Shown: piece by piece, positions 28,518 through 42,781 of the stretch
Layout of the letters: each line of letters starts with the position of its first letter
Numbering within the stretch: position 1 is the first letter of the stretch
NCBI GenBank assembly: GCA_028873925.1
Contig: JAPPNA010000038.1
Location: 20,013-84,012 of the forward strand
Origin: Bacteroidota bacterium
GTDB lineage: Bacteria > Bacteroidota > Rhodothermia > Rhodothermales > Bin80
DNA: 64,000 nt
Reading direction: 5' to 3'
Notes under the pieces: model-generated
What the model was told of the DNA's origin: nothing
Databases searched by the model: none
Seen by the model: only the letters and a program-made list of their open reading frames with translations
Position numbers and translations under genes: made by a program

Positions 28518-30230
28518 TTAACGCGGGAGGTAATGGGGATACTCCTCAATTTCTCCTTGGAAATGGCGGGCAAGCAATCTGCACTGCACTTCAATCAGCC
28601 TGCGCATTGAAACCCTGTACCCGAAATACGGGTGCGTGGTCACGTTTTCAAGCCGACGCTCAAACGCGGCGATTAATGCCTTCCGCCCCGCTGGCTTTAG
28701 TGAGCAGGCCCCACCATTAAATACGAAGTCATTGGGTTTGATTTCTCCGTTGTTGATGACCTGGATTACGCACGAGTCAGACACGATCGAGCGGAATGGC
28801 TCCATCAGGTCCAGAGCTAATGCCGGGCGGTTATGCCGCGGCCGGTGGTAAAGACCCAGGTAAGGGTCAAGCCCTACCGACGCAATCGTAGTGCTGAACA
28901 TCCTTACAAGCAGCGCATAGGCCAAAGATAACATCGCGTTAACGGGGTCCGTGGGCGGGCGCCTGTTTCTGGTTGCAAACGAGAAGGTCTGAACTTTTTC
29001 AGGTGCGCTATTTGCCAGCATCCTGTCAAACTTGCCGAAGTAAACCGCAGCAGCCTCGCCTTCCAAACCGAGCAGGTGCTGGACATTGCTGACATGGGAT
29101 ATTCTTTTTGAAATCCGCTTGAGCCTCACCAAGGTGTTCTCTTTACCTTCAACCGTCTTTTCCGGCCGCCAATTTCGGCGAAGCAAGGTGCGGGAATTCT
29201 TCACCTTAGCCTCCACTATGCTCTTTGCGAACATCAGGCTGCGACTGCTGCTAAACGCCGCACGGTACTGGGCCTCCCGGACAGCCACATTGCCGCTCCC
29301 GGTCCCTATTGTGTGCCCAAGAAACCACCCACCTCCAGAGTGCCAGGATACAGGAATTTCAGCCCTCATCAGAGCGTGAAGTGCAGGGGTAGTTACTGAT
29401 ACGGGTCCGTATAGGACCACCTGCGAAACCGAGATCAGGGGGACCTCAGTCGTTTCCTGCTTGGTTTGCACGACTAGCCGCCCACCGGACTTACGAAGCC
29501 GTGCGCCTGGCACTTGGACGTAAAGCGGTAAGGCTGGATCGTCCGATGGATTCAACGGACGCGGAGTCTTGCCCGTCCTGAATAGATTGGTTTCGTCAGG
29601 TAGGCAGATGCCTGCCAAAGAACAACGGGGACACTTGGGGCTGTCCTCCAACGGGGGTGGGCGCTTGCGAGAGGCTTCAACATCTCTGAGTCCGCGGATC
29701 GCTTCAAGAGTCGTGGCTCTAAGCTGTTCGTCAAGAATCACGCGGACCCTCTCCCGAGAGCCTACAAACCACAAAGCACCGTGGTCAACAGTGTAGCCGT
29801 TATCTTCAAGAATCAATGCCTGAACGCACACCTGCACCCTCTCCGGCTCGTATGCACCGGCTGGAATATGCGGACGCTTTCCCTTCTTGAAGTCCACGGG
29901 CATGACCTTGCCGTTGGCGAATTCAATCACATCAATCTTCGCGATAACCCCCAACCGTTCCGAAGATAAGGTGACCGAACGCGCCTTTGACATCGCTTTA
30001 TCCAGTTCGTCGGGCTCAGGAAGTTGCCCGCTTCCTTTGTCAACTCGGACATGGACTCGCTTGCCTTCAGCCGTATCAGTGCTAGCTGCCCATTCACCCT
30101 CTATCCATTCCAGATATGCCAGCCTCGGGCAGTAAACCCACTCATTCACCATCCGAGCAGGCACCAGAGGAGATCTGAAACCCGAGGCCTCCGATGGGCG
30201 CTGTCTCGCATTTGGACTCTCACCGCTCAT
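28518..30230 (-). CDS. cas4/cas1: Cas4-Cas1 fusion protein (type I-G adaptation module)
   Basis: 570 aa. N-terminal RecB-like Cas4 with Cys cluster (VYCPRLAYLEW ... SPKCPRCSLAGIC). C-terminal Cas1 (VSQVVLYGPVSVTTPALHALMRAEIPVSW, LALDLMEPFRSIVSD). Confidence 0.9.
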   Translation of the reverse strand: MSGESPNARQRPSEASGFRSPLVPARMVNEWVYCPRLAYLEWIEGEWAASTDTAEGKRVHVRVDKGSGQLPEPDELDKAMSKARSVTLSSERLGVIAKIDVIEFANGKVMPVDFKKGKRPHIPAGAYEPERVQVCVQALILEDNGYTVDHGALWFVGSRERVRVILDEQLRATTLEAIRGLRDVEASRKRPPPLEDSPKCPRCSLAGICLPDETNLFRTGKTPRPLNPSDDPALPLYVQVPGARLRKSGGRLVVQTKQETTEVPLISVSQVVLYGPVSVTTPALHALMRAEIPVSWHSGGGWFLGHTIGTGSGNVAVREAQYRAAFSSSRSLMFAKSIVEAKVKNSRTLLRRNWRPEKTVEGKENTLVRLKRISKRISHVSNVQHLLGLEGEAAAVYFGKFDRMLANSAPEKVQTFSFATRNRRPPTDPVNAMLSLAYALLVRMFSTTIASVGLDPYLGLYHRPRHNRPALALDLMEPFRSIVSDSCVIQVINNGEIKPNDFVFNGGACSLKPAGRKALIAAFERRLENVTTHPYFGYRVSMRRLIEVQCRLLARHFQGEIEEYPHYLPR

Positions 30231-30293
30231 GATCAGTTCTGCTCAAGAAATTGTTGTGTTTCCTTCTTTTTAGCGCCCGTGACGGGTACAGCC

Positions 30294-30584
30294 CTACGGT
30301 CCAGCCAGCCAGTGAGGCCCTTCTCGCAAATTAGCGGCAGGAGGCGTGGCTTTTCTGCCGATAGATCTCACCAATTGGATGCCACCCAGTCGATTCGGTT
30401 TCTCACTATCCCACATATGGCCGATTGGATCGGGCACTTGGAAACGTACGATATTCCCGTCAATAGCGAGAGCAAGTCCGGCGTAGCACCGCCCCATTAT
30501 GTGGTCGGTGCCACCCGGGAATGCTAGGCCCATGCCCACACCATACCGGTTCCTCATGTGAAAACGCACCAGTAGACTCAACAT
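30294..30584 (-). CDS. Hypothetical small protein inside the cas operon (no family recognised)
   Basis: 96-aa ORF on the cas strand. It fills most of the 385-bp gap between csb2 and cas4/cas1. No convincing Shine-Dalgarno sequence and no recognisable motif, so its coding status is uncertain. Confidence 0.3.
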   Translation of the reverse strand: MLSLLVRFHMRNRYGVGMGLAFPGGTDHIMGRCYAGLALAIDGNIVRFQVPDPIGHMWDSEKPNRLGGIQLVRSIGRKATPPAANLREGPHWLAGP

Positions 30585-30615
30585 CTGAGATCACATGGAA
30601 CGAGCAGGCATCGGT

Positions 30616-32259
30616 TTAGTCGGCCCCGCAGGCACCAAAAACGCCGAGCCCAAAATGGCAGCCATACCCAATCGCTAATGGCCCCTTGACTTCCTGTGGG
30701 AACTCAATCTCCAATAGTGCGCCAGACGAATCGCGCTGCACCTCCCTTCCACGCGACCGGAATCGATGAAAATGGAGCGCGTGCCGCCTGACTGACCCCA
30801 CACTGATTTCGTCCAATTCCGTAATGCGAACACCCTCCGTATCAATTCCCCGAAGCCGAAGCAGCCTAATCACTTCACCCCGATACCCTTTTCTCTTCAA
30901 GTAACCCGCTGCAAGGAAAGGAGTAACGCTTCGCCACCGCTTTGAAACTGCAAGCAGCCGTGAACTTCCTTCAAAGTCCTTCAGTTGTCCAAATCCTTCA
31001 AGCGCTAATCGCCACTCTTGTACCTTGGAGGCGTTTCTCAATTCATCTCTGCCCCGCTGAGACGAAAGCCATATCCGAGTGATTCTGTCTAGGCGATCCT
31101 GAATCTCGCGGTTGATTCCTCCAGATACGTAAACGATTATGTGATCGATCCAGCCATCATCATCTGCGTCCTCTGGTAGCCAAAAAGCATGCGGATGCGT
31201 CGGGTCATTCACTGGACCGCGCGCCCCGTTGCGCCCGGAAATCTGCCAAGGAGCCAGAGGTGTCCGAGCGCCAGTACCCTCGCCTTCACCCCACCCAAAC
31301 TGTGACATGGCCGCTGCACGCATGACTTCACCAATCTTGATGGCATCTTCGATTCTCGGACGCGGATGCCCGGCTAATACGTAGCGGGCTATCGTTGGCT
31401 GATCCGTCAATTTATCGCTGCGGCCTTTCCATCTTTTCCCTGGTGTAACTGTCCTAGGTCTAGTGAGGCTGTCGCGGGCATAGATGACCTCAACCACAGC
31501 AGGAGATCTGTTCCACCGAATATTTCGTAGATCAGCAGTGTCCACGGAAAGTGCATCCACAAGGCTGACAGGCAGCGTGTCTACTCCGTTCCTTGACCGA
31601 AAGGATTTCGCGGCCTTGCGCTCCAACTGTAACTCGGAATGCGGTCGACTGGCTTCTGCCTGGATACGCTGCTTTTCTTGAACTATCAGTCGTTGACGCT
31701 CGGCCTGATACGATTCTTGCGAGCGGGCCACCAAAAGGCTCAATTCCTCTCCACTATAGCCATCTTCTGCCGGACCGCAGTTGGGCTCGACGGTTGATTC
31801 AGTAAACACCCAACAGTCTGCCCAGCTCTCCGCACGCCCGAAATACCCCAACGAAGATGCCAGATCTGAGGCTAGAGCCAAAAAGTGCTTTTCCAGCTTT
31901 AATTCTGGCCACAGGATGTGGATTTCCTTCCCGTGCGGCAGGTGGAGGAATGAGTCAAAAATAAGGGACTTAGTTTCAGACTTCCCACTTTTTACGGGCA
32001 TATAGTGACGAGTGTGTCCATGAACACTGCCTTCTGGAAGGTAAAATACAGGCAGATCACTGGCGAGAGCATTGATCAACTGAGCCAAATCTTGCTGGCT
32101 CCATCTCTGCCGGTCACCCTTACGCCAATAACAAGCGATTAGCGCCCTGAGTACTCGCAAGGGTTCCGGCGGCCAAGCTACATCGGCCTCGTTGACGTTT
32201 CGACCCCAAGGAGTCGCGTGGTAGCGTCCGGTCAAGAACCGAATACTGAGTCCAAACAT
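30616..32259 (-). CDS. csb2: Type I-G Csb2 (Cas5u-Cas6u fusion)
   Basis: 547 aa. N-terminus MFGLSIRFLTGRYHATPWGRNVNEADVAWPPEPLRVLRALIA matches the Csb2 signature. Confidence 0.85.
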   Translation of the reverse strand: MFGLSIRFLTGRYHATPWGRNVNEADVAWPPEPLRVLRALIACYWRKGDRQRWSQQDLAQLINALASDLPVFYLPEGSVHGHTRHYMPVKSGKSETKSLIFDSFLHLPHGKEIHILWPELKLEKHFLALASDLASSLGYFGRAESWADCWVFTESTVEPNCGPAEDGYSGEELSLLVARSQESYQAERQRLIVQEKQRIQAEASRPHSELQLERKAAKSFRSRNGVDTLPVSLVDALSVDTADLRNIRWNRSPAVVEVIYARDSLTRPRTVTPGKRWKGRSDKLTDQPTIARYVLAGHPRPRIEDAIKIGEVMRAAAMSQFGWGEGEGTGARTPLAPWQISGRNGARGPVNDPTHPHAFWLPEDADDDGWIDHIIVYVSGGINREIQDRLDRITRIWLSSQRGRDELRNASKVQEWRLALEGFGQLKDFEGSSRLLAVSKRWRSVTPFLAAGYLKRKGYRGEVIRLLRLRGIDTEGVRITELDEISVGSVRRHALHFHRFRSRGREVQRDSSGALLEIEFPQEVKGPLAIGYGCHFGLGVFGACGAD

Positions 32260-32264
32260 AGAGA

Positions 32265-35569
<3,305 letters not shown>

Positions 35570-35577
<8 letters not shown>

Positions 35578-38161
35578 CGCTATATACCCCTTCAGTCTCT
35601 TTCCTTGATGCCCGCCAATCGGCCGTCCTGAGTAAGGTCTCCAAGTATGCCAACTGGAATGGACCGAGCTGCCTGAGTAGGTCCCAGGTGCGTTCGGTCC
35701 AGCTTTCTCCCGTATCCTGGCTCAACCCCAACTCCATAATGGATAGGGTCAATGACCCTCCCTCCCAAAATTCGCCGCCTCCCAACTCAACTGAGGGCAG
35801 TTCGTCACCTTCCCAAACGCCTCTCGCAAATCGCTTCCCGGACCGCTCGGAATCAGCAATTGCCTCTTCGCGTGGCAGTGCCCGAAGGCTCGTTCGTACT
35901 TTTCCATGATGTGCTGCGATCAGATATGCCCCCAAGTCGGCCCTGCGGGACCAGGCCTGGTGAGCCAGAAAAGCCAGAGCTGAGACGAGTTCATGACGAA
36001 AATAGGCTCGATCATGTCTAAGATCTTGCCTAACGGTTTTTGCCAATAGGATGCCTTCCGGAACTTCCACCCCACCAAGTCCGCGCCGCATAGTTGCCTG
36101 AAAGACTTCGTGCGCCTTTCCTAAATCATGCCAGCGCGCCGCGCGCAGGAGCACATCTTGAGTGATATTGTCCAGACCAAGATTCACCGCCAGCCTTTTG
36201 ACCTCCGTGGCCACATGGGCAAGATGGTCCTTGAGAATTACGGGGCGGCCTGTTGCGCTTTCTGAGTCTTCGTCATGTCCATCTGATACAGCACCGAGGT
36301 TCCCGGCCATCTCGGATTGATCTCCAGAATCTATTGCTACCGGAATATCGCGCACAATCCCGGTGAATCCCAATCCTTCGTGGTACCCGCCAGCTCGCGT
36401 GTCGGCCATAATGGTCAGACCTGGCCGCGGGGGCTTCGTTAGGCGCACCCAACCCGAAGGGCCAGATCCGGCCTGACCATTTCGCCGCCGTGATTGCAGA
36501 TCGCGCACAAAGAATAGCCCTTTGCCAACCTTACGCTGTGCAGTCTCAATCCATTTCTTCGCTAGCCCAATCGGCACTGCACACAGCTCATCGGCACCTG
36601 CGCGCGGCGAATCTTCTATCGCACTTGGGGTGTCACGCCAAAAGACCCGCAGATCTGTATCATCAGCATCTCGCACATACGGTGAAATGTCAATGTCAAA
36701 CCCGGCCAAATCAGCATCGGTGCTAAACAGTTCGTCAAGATCCTTTCGTCTAATCACGCGCAGGGATGAATTGATGTGCTCAGTGCGCGGAAGATTCACC
36801 GGCGCAACATCCTTCAGTGTCAGCAGCTTTTCACGGGCTTCTAGGAGCTCACTGAGGTCGTACGGTCGCGACAGACTGATTGCAGCCTTCTCAGAATTCG
36901 TGTCCAAGGTATACGCCAACAGGTCAATCCAATAGATCTGGGCTCCACCCTCCACCTCCGCTCGCCGATTTGCGCGCCCGAATCTCTGAACCATCGAAGC
37001 CCATGGGGCGAGCTCCGTGAACATGACAGCCGCAGATATGTCCACTCCCGCTTCCACAGCCTGCGTTGCTACAACTATCATGTCTGAGGTTTCCCCCTCA
37101 CCGAGAACCCTATCCACTTCTCTTTGCCGGTCCGGTGGACGAAACCGTGAATGTAGCAATTCAATCCGGGTACCGCCAGCCATCTTGGAGGTCGCCTTTT
37201 GTAGCTGTCGGTATACGTTCTGCGCGCGCGCAACCTGATTGACAATCACGAGCGTCATACGACCGACTTGGTGGGCCTCCACAATTCTAGCTGCGAGTTC
37301 CTTTACGTATTGCTTCGCGTGCTTGGCTGAGGCGGACTCAGGCCCAGCGCTAAATCGTGACAGAATTTTTGGCGCGTGTACTAGGTCGCGCAGCCGTGTT
37401 TCATGCTCCGTTGCCGGATCGACCCGCAATACCTGCTGTGGGGTTTGGAAATCCACAGTCTTGAGCCAGTCCGGCTCGAGCGTGGCGGAAACCCACAGGC
37501 TGCGACTGGGACGCGGTAGCGATTGATTCACGCGCTCTACGCTGTCGGCCTCCATTTGGCGGAATGCCGCCAATTGGGCTGAAGTCGCGCGGCCAGCCCC
37601 CATTAGCTGCACTTCATCAAAGATCCATTGAGCGTCTCTGTGCAGCAGAGCAAACTGCATGGGCCACAGAGTTCGCCGCGAAGCGTAGCCACGCATGAGC
37701 GCCCGACTTAACAACATATCCTGCGTACCCACCATGACCGCTGAGCGCTCAGGTGTGTCAAGCCAGTCGTCAGAGTACATTCCTCCTCTGAGGACAAACA
37801 GCTCTTGAGGTTGCGGAAGTCGGCCATCGCGGCTAAAACCTATCGCAGTGAGACGCTCCAGCCACCGATGGATTTCACCGGCAGCCTGGTCAACCAGCGT
37901 CTTCATGGGCAAGCACCAAACAAGCCTGTGCGGCGTTTGGTCCGGCTGGATAAGCCTGTGGTAAAGCCATGCAAGGGTCACCCCTGCCGTCTTTCCAGAA
38001 CCAGTTGGAGCGATTAGTACTTCGGGCCACGGACCTTCGGCCAGCTGGACCTGCCAAGAATATGGCTCCCTTCCGTCCATGGCGGCACCAAAAAAAGAGC
38101 GAAAACCGGGTGACCGGCTCAGCACATTCCCGCTCCGTTTCTGTTCTAGTTGGCCTCTCAT
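35570..38161 (-). CDS. cas3: Cas3 helicase-nuclease with C-terminal HD domain (type I-G architecture)
   Basis: 863 aa. Helicase motif I IAPTGSGKT and motif II FDEVQLMG. The HD domain lies at the C-terminus (HLAHV..., AARWHDLGKAHEVFQ, HELVSALAFL, IAAHHGKVR). Confidence 0.9.
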
Positions 38162-38530
38162 GTGACTATCCCCCTAATGCAGCAAATGGATCCCCTGCGC
38201 AATAATTCAGAACAGCATAGGCCAACGCCTCGCTGAACCAACGGTTCCATTGAGTTGGAAGAACAAGAATATGCTGATATGGACCTTACCTGCCTGCCTG
38301 CTATCAGACCGGAGCCGAACCCATCTACCACACGACCAAGTTGAGCCTATCCCCTCCGGGTCATCCCGATTGGACTTTGTCCTAAAGCCTGACTAAGCAA
38401 TCAACAGTCTCCACCATCTCCGCGCTGCCGGAAACGGATTCTGGCAATCTGATCCCTGCACCTGCAGCTCGCCCGACCTGCTATCAACTGGTGCCGCGCG
38501 CAGGGAAATCCAGTACATAGTGCAGGCCGA

Positions 38531-38824
38531 TTACCGCAATGCGCCCGTGTTCACACGTTCGCGAAAAGCTTTCGATGGTCGAAACACCGGCGAAGTGCGC
38601 GCCGCGATTTTGACAGGCTCTCCCGTTCCTGGGTTGCGGCCCATACGAGCAGCCAGATGACGCACCTTGAAGATGCCGAACCCCCGAATATCAACGGACT
38701 CACCCCTCTCCAAGGTATCAATGATAGCCGCCAGCAATGCGTCTGTGACCGCAGCGCATTCGCGCCGGGAAACACCGGCACCCACCGCGTCGGATACGCT
38801 CTTGACGAGTTCTGCTTTAGTCAT
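38531..38824 (-). CDS. hup: HU/IHF-family DNA-binding protein
   Basis: 97 aa. MTKAELVKSVS..., IRGFGIFKVRHLAARMGRNPGTGEPVKIAARTSPVFRPSKAF is the HU beta-arm signature. Confidence 0.9.
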   Translation of the reverse strand: MTKAELVKSVSDAVGAGVSRRECAAVTDALLAAIIDTLERGESVDIRGFGIFKVRHLAARMGRNPGTGEPVKIAARTSPVFRPSKAFRERVNTGALR

Positions 38825-39028
38825 TAGAATTTTCTGCCTGATAAATGGTGCAAAACAGGCCGCCTCACATGAGGTCAGCCATGCCCGGCTGCGTCAGGGC
38901 CTGACACCCCGCCCAACTCCGGCACGCTAAATATACACAATCCGACTCAGGGGGGATACAAATGCAACCACACCTGCCTTGGATCCGGCCAACTGAGCCA
39001 ACAGCCCTGGCCATCCCAAACAAGCTGC

Positions 39029-39940
39029 TTATTCCATTCTTGAAGCCAACGCGTCACGCGCCGCCTCCAATGCGGCCTTAACCTCAAGAATGCCCTCAAT
39101 CTCGCGATCCTCGGGGCCGTGCTCTATGCCCGCAAAGCCATTGTAGCCCGCATCCAGCACAATCTTCATCATGCGCTCGTAATCCAGCGGGCTGGCGTTG
39201 CCGTGGTCGTCAAACACCATCGGCTTTACACTGACACCGGTGGCATAGGGCATCAGCTCCTCCACACCCCGGTAGGAATCGTACGTCTCCTCTCCGCTGA
39301 TACGGAAATTTCCGAAATCCGGCAGCGTGCCCGCACGCGGGTGGTCCGCCATCCTGATGGTGTCCCTGAGCCACTTGCCGTTGCTGGAATAACCCCCGTG
39401 ATTCTCAATGATCACATGCAGGCCGTGCTCGTCTCCGAATTCGCACAGCTGATGCATACCATCCGCCACCAGCTTCATCTGCTCCTCATAGCTGCCTTCG
39501 CTGTATCCGTTGACCCGAATCGAATGGCAGCCCAGGTACCTGGCCGCCGTGACCCACTTGAAATGACGCTCCACCGACTCGCGGCGCGCATCCGTATCAG
39601 GATCCCCCAATCGCCCCTCACGATCACACATGATCAGAATGCTGGTTACCCCCGCATCATCCGCCCGCTGCTTCATTTCCGCGAGATAGGCGGTGTCTTC
39701 CGCCTTATCCATGAAGAACTGGTTCACGTACTCAATGCCGTAAATGCCGTTCTCAGCAGCTATGCCCGCAAATTCAAGGTTGTCGATCCTGCCCGCAAAG
39801 ATGGAGCGGTTCAAGGACCACTGCGCCAGAGATATCTCAAACAGCTCATCCGGCCGGAGCGGCCATGCGCCCGCTGCCAGCGGCAGGGTGAAAGCGGCCA
39901 GCGTCCCGGCCTTCAGAAATTCGCGTCTGGTCTGTTTCAT
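39029..39940 (-). CDS. Sugar phosphate isomerase/epimerase (xylose isomerase-like TIM barrel) with TAT signal
   Basis: The preferred start is MKQTRREFLKAGTLAAFTLPLAAGA (ATG 39940). The ORF track start at 40030 would overlap the upstream gene. IENHGG and AGIEHG motifs are present. Confidence 0.8.
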   Translation of the reverse strand: MKQTRREFLKAGTLAAFTLPLAAGAWPLRPDELFEISLAQWSLNRSIFAGRIDNLEFAGIAAENGIYGIEYVNQFFMDKAEDTAYLAEMKQRADDAGVTSILIMCDREGRLGDPDTDARRESVERHFKWVTAARYLGCHSIRVNGYSEGSYEEQMKLVADGMHQLCEFGDEHGLHVIIENHGGYSSNGKWLRDTIRMADHPRAGTLPDFGNFRISGEETYDSYRGVEELMPYATGVSVKPMVFDDHGNASPLDYERMMKIVLDAGYNGFAGIEHGPEDREIEGILEVKAALEAARDALASRME

Positions 39941-39956
39941 CGTTATCACCAAAGGT

Positions 39957-42779
39957 TTATTGCATAATGCCCGGACCATCAAAGCGAATCCAGTCCAGTT
40001 CAAGAAAAATACGTTCGGCCTCGCTTGCAAATCCCAAGGTCAGTGTGAATGATCCCTCGAATTCAGCCAGATCCACGCTGATTTCACGCCAGTTGTCGTA
40101 GGCTCCTTCCTCCAGGAGCCCCAGGCCGGGGGCATCCGCAGGTACCGAGGCCAGATAATCCGCCTGATGCGGTGTCACCGCCTCCCCTGCCTCCGGGCCC
40201 ACATCAATCACCGCCAGCTCCAAGCCCGGAGCCGTCACGCTAACCTGCCCGTCCTCGGTGGCCCGGAAACGCAGGGTCAGACCCGTAATCCCATACAGGT
40301 TGACGGGACCGTAGGCCAGCACGGATCCGTTTTCCACCGGCATCACGCTCAGCGCCGTTCTGCCCCAGTGCTCACTGGCCGGACGGGCTGAATAGGTCTT
40401 GCGGGTGGATTCCTCGGCGCTGAACACATGCTCGGCCTCTTTCAGCCGAGGCTGGAGTTTGACCTGTGAGCAGGCACGCTCAAGACAGGCCTCCACAACC
40501 GCAAACCGGTCCGCATAATGGATATCCGGATGGTGGGTGAAGTCCTTTGAAACGGTAAATTTGCCAGCAAGCCCTTCGAGTTTTTCCAGCGGAATCGGCG
40601 AAGTGTCAAATCCGGTATAGATCTGCACACTCACCTGATCCGCCAATGCCTGATCCTCCACCTCCGCCGTGTACGCAATGGCCCCGTTGAAATCAAAGAT
40701 ACCCCCGTTGGGCGGCCACGCCACCATCACCGGCCTGCCCGGCGGCGACACAGCCGGAGGCGCTGGCCGCCCCGGGTTGGAGCCGTAGTAGTCAAGACGT
40801 ACCAGTTGGGCGTTGGGATTGCTGCCCCAGAATTCGTCGCCCCACTCCAGGATGTACAGGTGCCCGTGCGGTCCGACTTCTATGTCCATCGGACGGATAT
40901 AGTCATTGCCCGGCAGAAACGGATCCATCTTGAGTACGCTGCCATCCGGATTCAGCGTGACCACCTGCACCCAGTTCCGCATCCACTCATAGATCATGAC
41001 CTTATTGTCGTAATAAGGCGGCAGTGCGGTCGGGTAGGCCGTTGACGCATCAAAGTGGAAAGTCGGCCCGGCCATCGGATTGAGTCCGCCCGCGCCCAGC
41101 TCCGGGTATTCCTCGCTCATACCGTAGAAGTACCTGATCCAAGCCGGCTGCGCCGGCGGCAGTTCTCGGACACCCGTATTGTGGGGGGAGTCGTTGACCG
41201 GCCGGTCGGGATCAGGTGCCACATGAGGCTGCCCACCTATACGGTAATCAGGATAGACATCATTGTAGCCGGTAAACAGGGGCCACCCGTAGAAACCCGG
41301 CCCCTGGGCCTGGTTGAATTCATCCCACCCGTGCTCCAAGCCTGGACCCACATCCCCCCAGTATACCCATCCGGTGGAGTCATCAATGGAAATCCTGAAC
41401 GGATTCCGATGGCCCATGGACCAGATTTCGCCGCGATGGAGCGAGTCGGCCTTAAACAGATTGCCCTCGGGAATCGAATAGGTCCCGTCCGGCTCAGGCC
41501 TGATTCTCAATATCTTGCCGCGCAGATCGTTCGAGTTCGCGCTGGTGCGCCCCTGATCAGCCAGCCGCCGGTAATGGGGGTCCTCATGATCCCTGTTTCC
41601 GCCCGAATTGTCCCCGGTAGACAGATACAGCAGACCCTCCTTATCAAACTGCACCGATCCGCCCGAATGGCAACACTGAATCCGCTGAACAGGAATTTCA
41701 AGCATGGCGATTTCGCTGCTCATGTCCAGCTGCCAGCCATCGTAAACAAAGCGCGAGAGCCGGTTCAGCTTCTGCTCCTCCGTTACCGGAGAGTAGTAAA
41801 TGTAGACCCAGCCGTTTTCATCAAACGCTGGATCCAGCGCAATCCCCAAGAGGCCATCTTCAATGTTCTTTTCCACCGGAAGCCAGCCGATCACCCGCAT
41901 TTCATTTGTATCCGGCTCCCAGATCTTGATGGCTCCAGCCCATTCCACAATGAACACCCGCCCGTCTGAAGTGATGTCAATCTCCATGGGATCGGTCAGC
42001 TCGCCGGTAAGGACCACCTCCTGGTAACCCGATGCGAGCGTTGCCTGCACATCGCCCGGCCGGTGTCCGGCCGCCCATTCAATTGCTCCGTACAGATGGG
42101 CCATCATGTACGGCTCACGGTAACTCTCCGTGGTATGCCCCAGACCGGTATAAATGCTGCGGCCACCCTCATATTCATGTGCCCACGCAATGGGATGATC
42201 AGGCCCCATGGCACCCCCCTCATAGGAGGATTCCTGTACTACGGCCAGCACATGGACCCATGCGCGGGGGTTGATGTGGTAGTTGTACCACTCGTCGGTG
42301 TGATTCCACCTCAGAGGTAAATCCGCGGTGGCCGGATGCTGGCGATCCGTAGCCAGCACATTGGCTGGCTGCACACGCGGATGGCTGTCAAAGTAGGCCC
42401 CCACCAGACGGCCGTACCACGGCCAGTCATACTCGGTATCGGCGGCCGCATGAATGCCTACAAACCCGCCCCCCTGCCGGATGTAAGCCTCAAAGGCCTT
42501 TTCCTGCATGGCATCGAGCACATCTCCGGTCGTATTGAGGAAGACCACCGCCGCATAGCGCGCCAAAGTGTCGGGATGAAAATAGGCCGCCTCCTCGGTG
42601 GCCATCACCTCAAACCGGTGTGCGCTGCCCAATGCCTTCAGCGCGGCAATGCCCGGCTCAATGGAAGCGTGCCTGAATCCCTCCGTCCTGGAAAACACCA
42701 GAATGCGATAGCGGGCCTTCTCCTCCACATATCCGCTCACAAGCAGCAGCGCCGCCCACAACCACACCGATCGCCCCAT
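39957..42779 (-). CDS. ThuA domain + PQQ-dependent (sorbosone/glucose) sugar dehydrogenase beta-propeller fusion protein with C-terminal carbohydrate-binding-like region
   Basis: 940 aa. RILVFSRTEGFRHASIEPGI (ThuA). HSGGSVQFDKEGLLYLSTGDNSG and GHRNPFRISID (SGDH-type propeller). Confidence 0.78.
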   Translation of the reverse strand: MGRSVWLWAALLLVSGYVEEKARYRILVFSRTEGFRHASIEPGIAALKALGSAHRFEVMATEEAAYFHPDTLARYAAVVFLNTTGDVLDAMQEKAFEAYIRQGGGFVGIHAAADTEYDWPWYGRLVGAYFDSHPRVQPANVLATDRQHPATADLPLRWNHTDEWYNYHINPRAWVHVLAVVQESSYEGGAMGPDHPIAWAHEYEGGRSIYTGLGHTTESYREPYMMAHLYGAIEWAAGHRPGDVQATLASGYQEVVLTGELTDPMEIDITSDGRVFIVEWAGAIKIWEPDTNEMRVIGWLPVEKNIEDGLLGIALDPAFDENGWVYIYYSPVTEEQKLNRLSRFVYDGWQLDMSSEIAMLEIPVQRIQCCHSGGSVQFDKEGLLYLSTGDNSGGNRDHEDPHYRRLADQGRTSANSNDLRGKILRIRPEPDGTYSIPEGNLFKADSLHRGEIWSMGHRNPFRISIDDSTGWVYWGDVGPGLEHGWDEFNQAQGPGFYGWPLFTGYNDVYPDYRIGGQPHVAPDPDRPVNDSPHNTGVRELPPAQPAWIRYFYGMSEEYPELGAGGLNPMAGPTFHFDASTAYPTALPPYYDNKVMIYEWMRNWVQVVTLNPDGSVLKMDPFLPGNDYIRPMDIEVGPHGHLYILEWGDEFWGSNPNAQLVRLDYYGSNPGRPAPPAVSPPGRPVMVAWPPNGGIFDFNGAIAYTAEVEDQALADQVSVQIYTGFDTSPIPLEKLEGLAGKFTVSKDFTHHPDIHYADRFAVVEACLERACSQVKLQPRLKEAEHVFSAEESTRKTYSARPASEHWGRTALSVMPVENGSVLAYGPVNLYGITGLTLRFRATEDGQVSVTAPGLELAVIDVGPEAGEAVTPHQADYLASVPADAPGLGLLEEGAYDNWREISVDLAEFEGSFTLTLGFASEAERIFLELDWIRFDGPGIMQ

Positions 42780-42781
42780 AG

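Noticed and set aside
30255-30300. Short hairpin CCCGTGACGGG near the cas4/cas1 start, considered as an intra-operon terminator
   Set aside because: The stem is only 5 bp with a 1-nt loop, and on the cas strand it is followed by an A-run rather than a U-run. It is not a credible intrinsic terminator.
38162-38530. 369-bp region upstream of cas3, inspected for a regulator gene, tRNA or attachment-site-like repeat
   Set aside because: No ORF with motifs, no tRNA-like cloverleaf and no repeat matching other parts of the window was seen. It is presumably just the cas3 promoter region.
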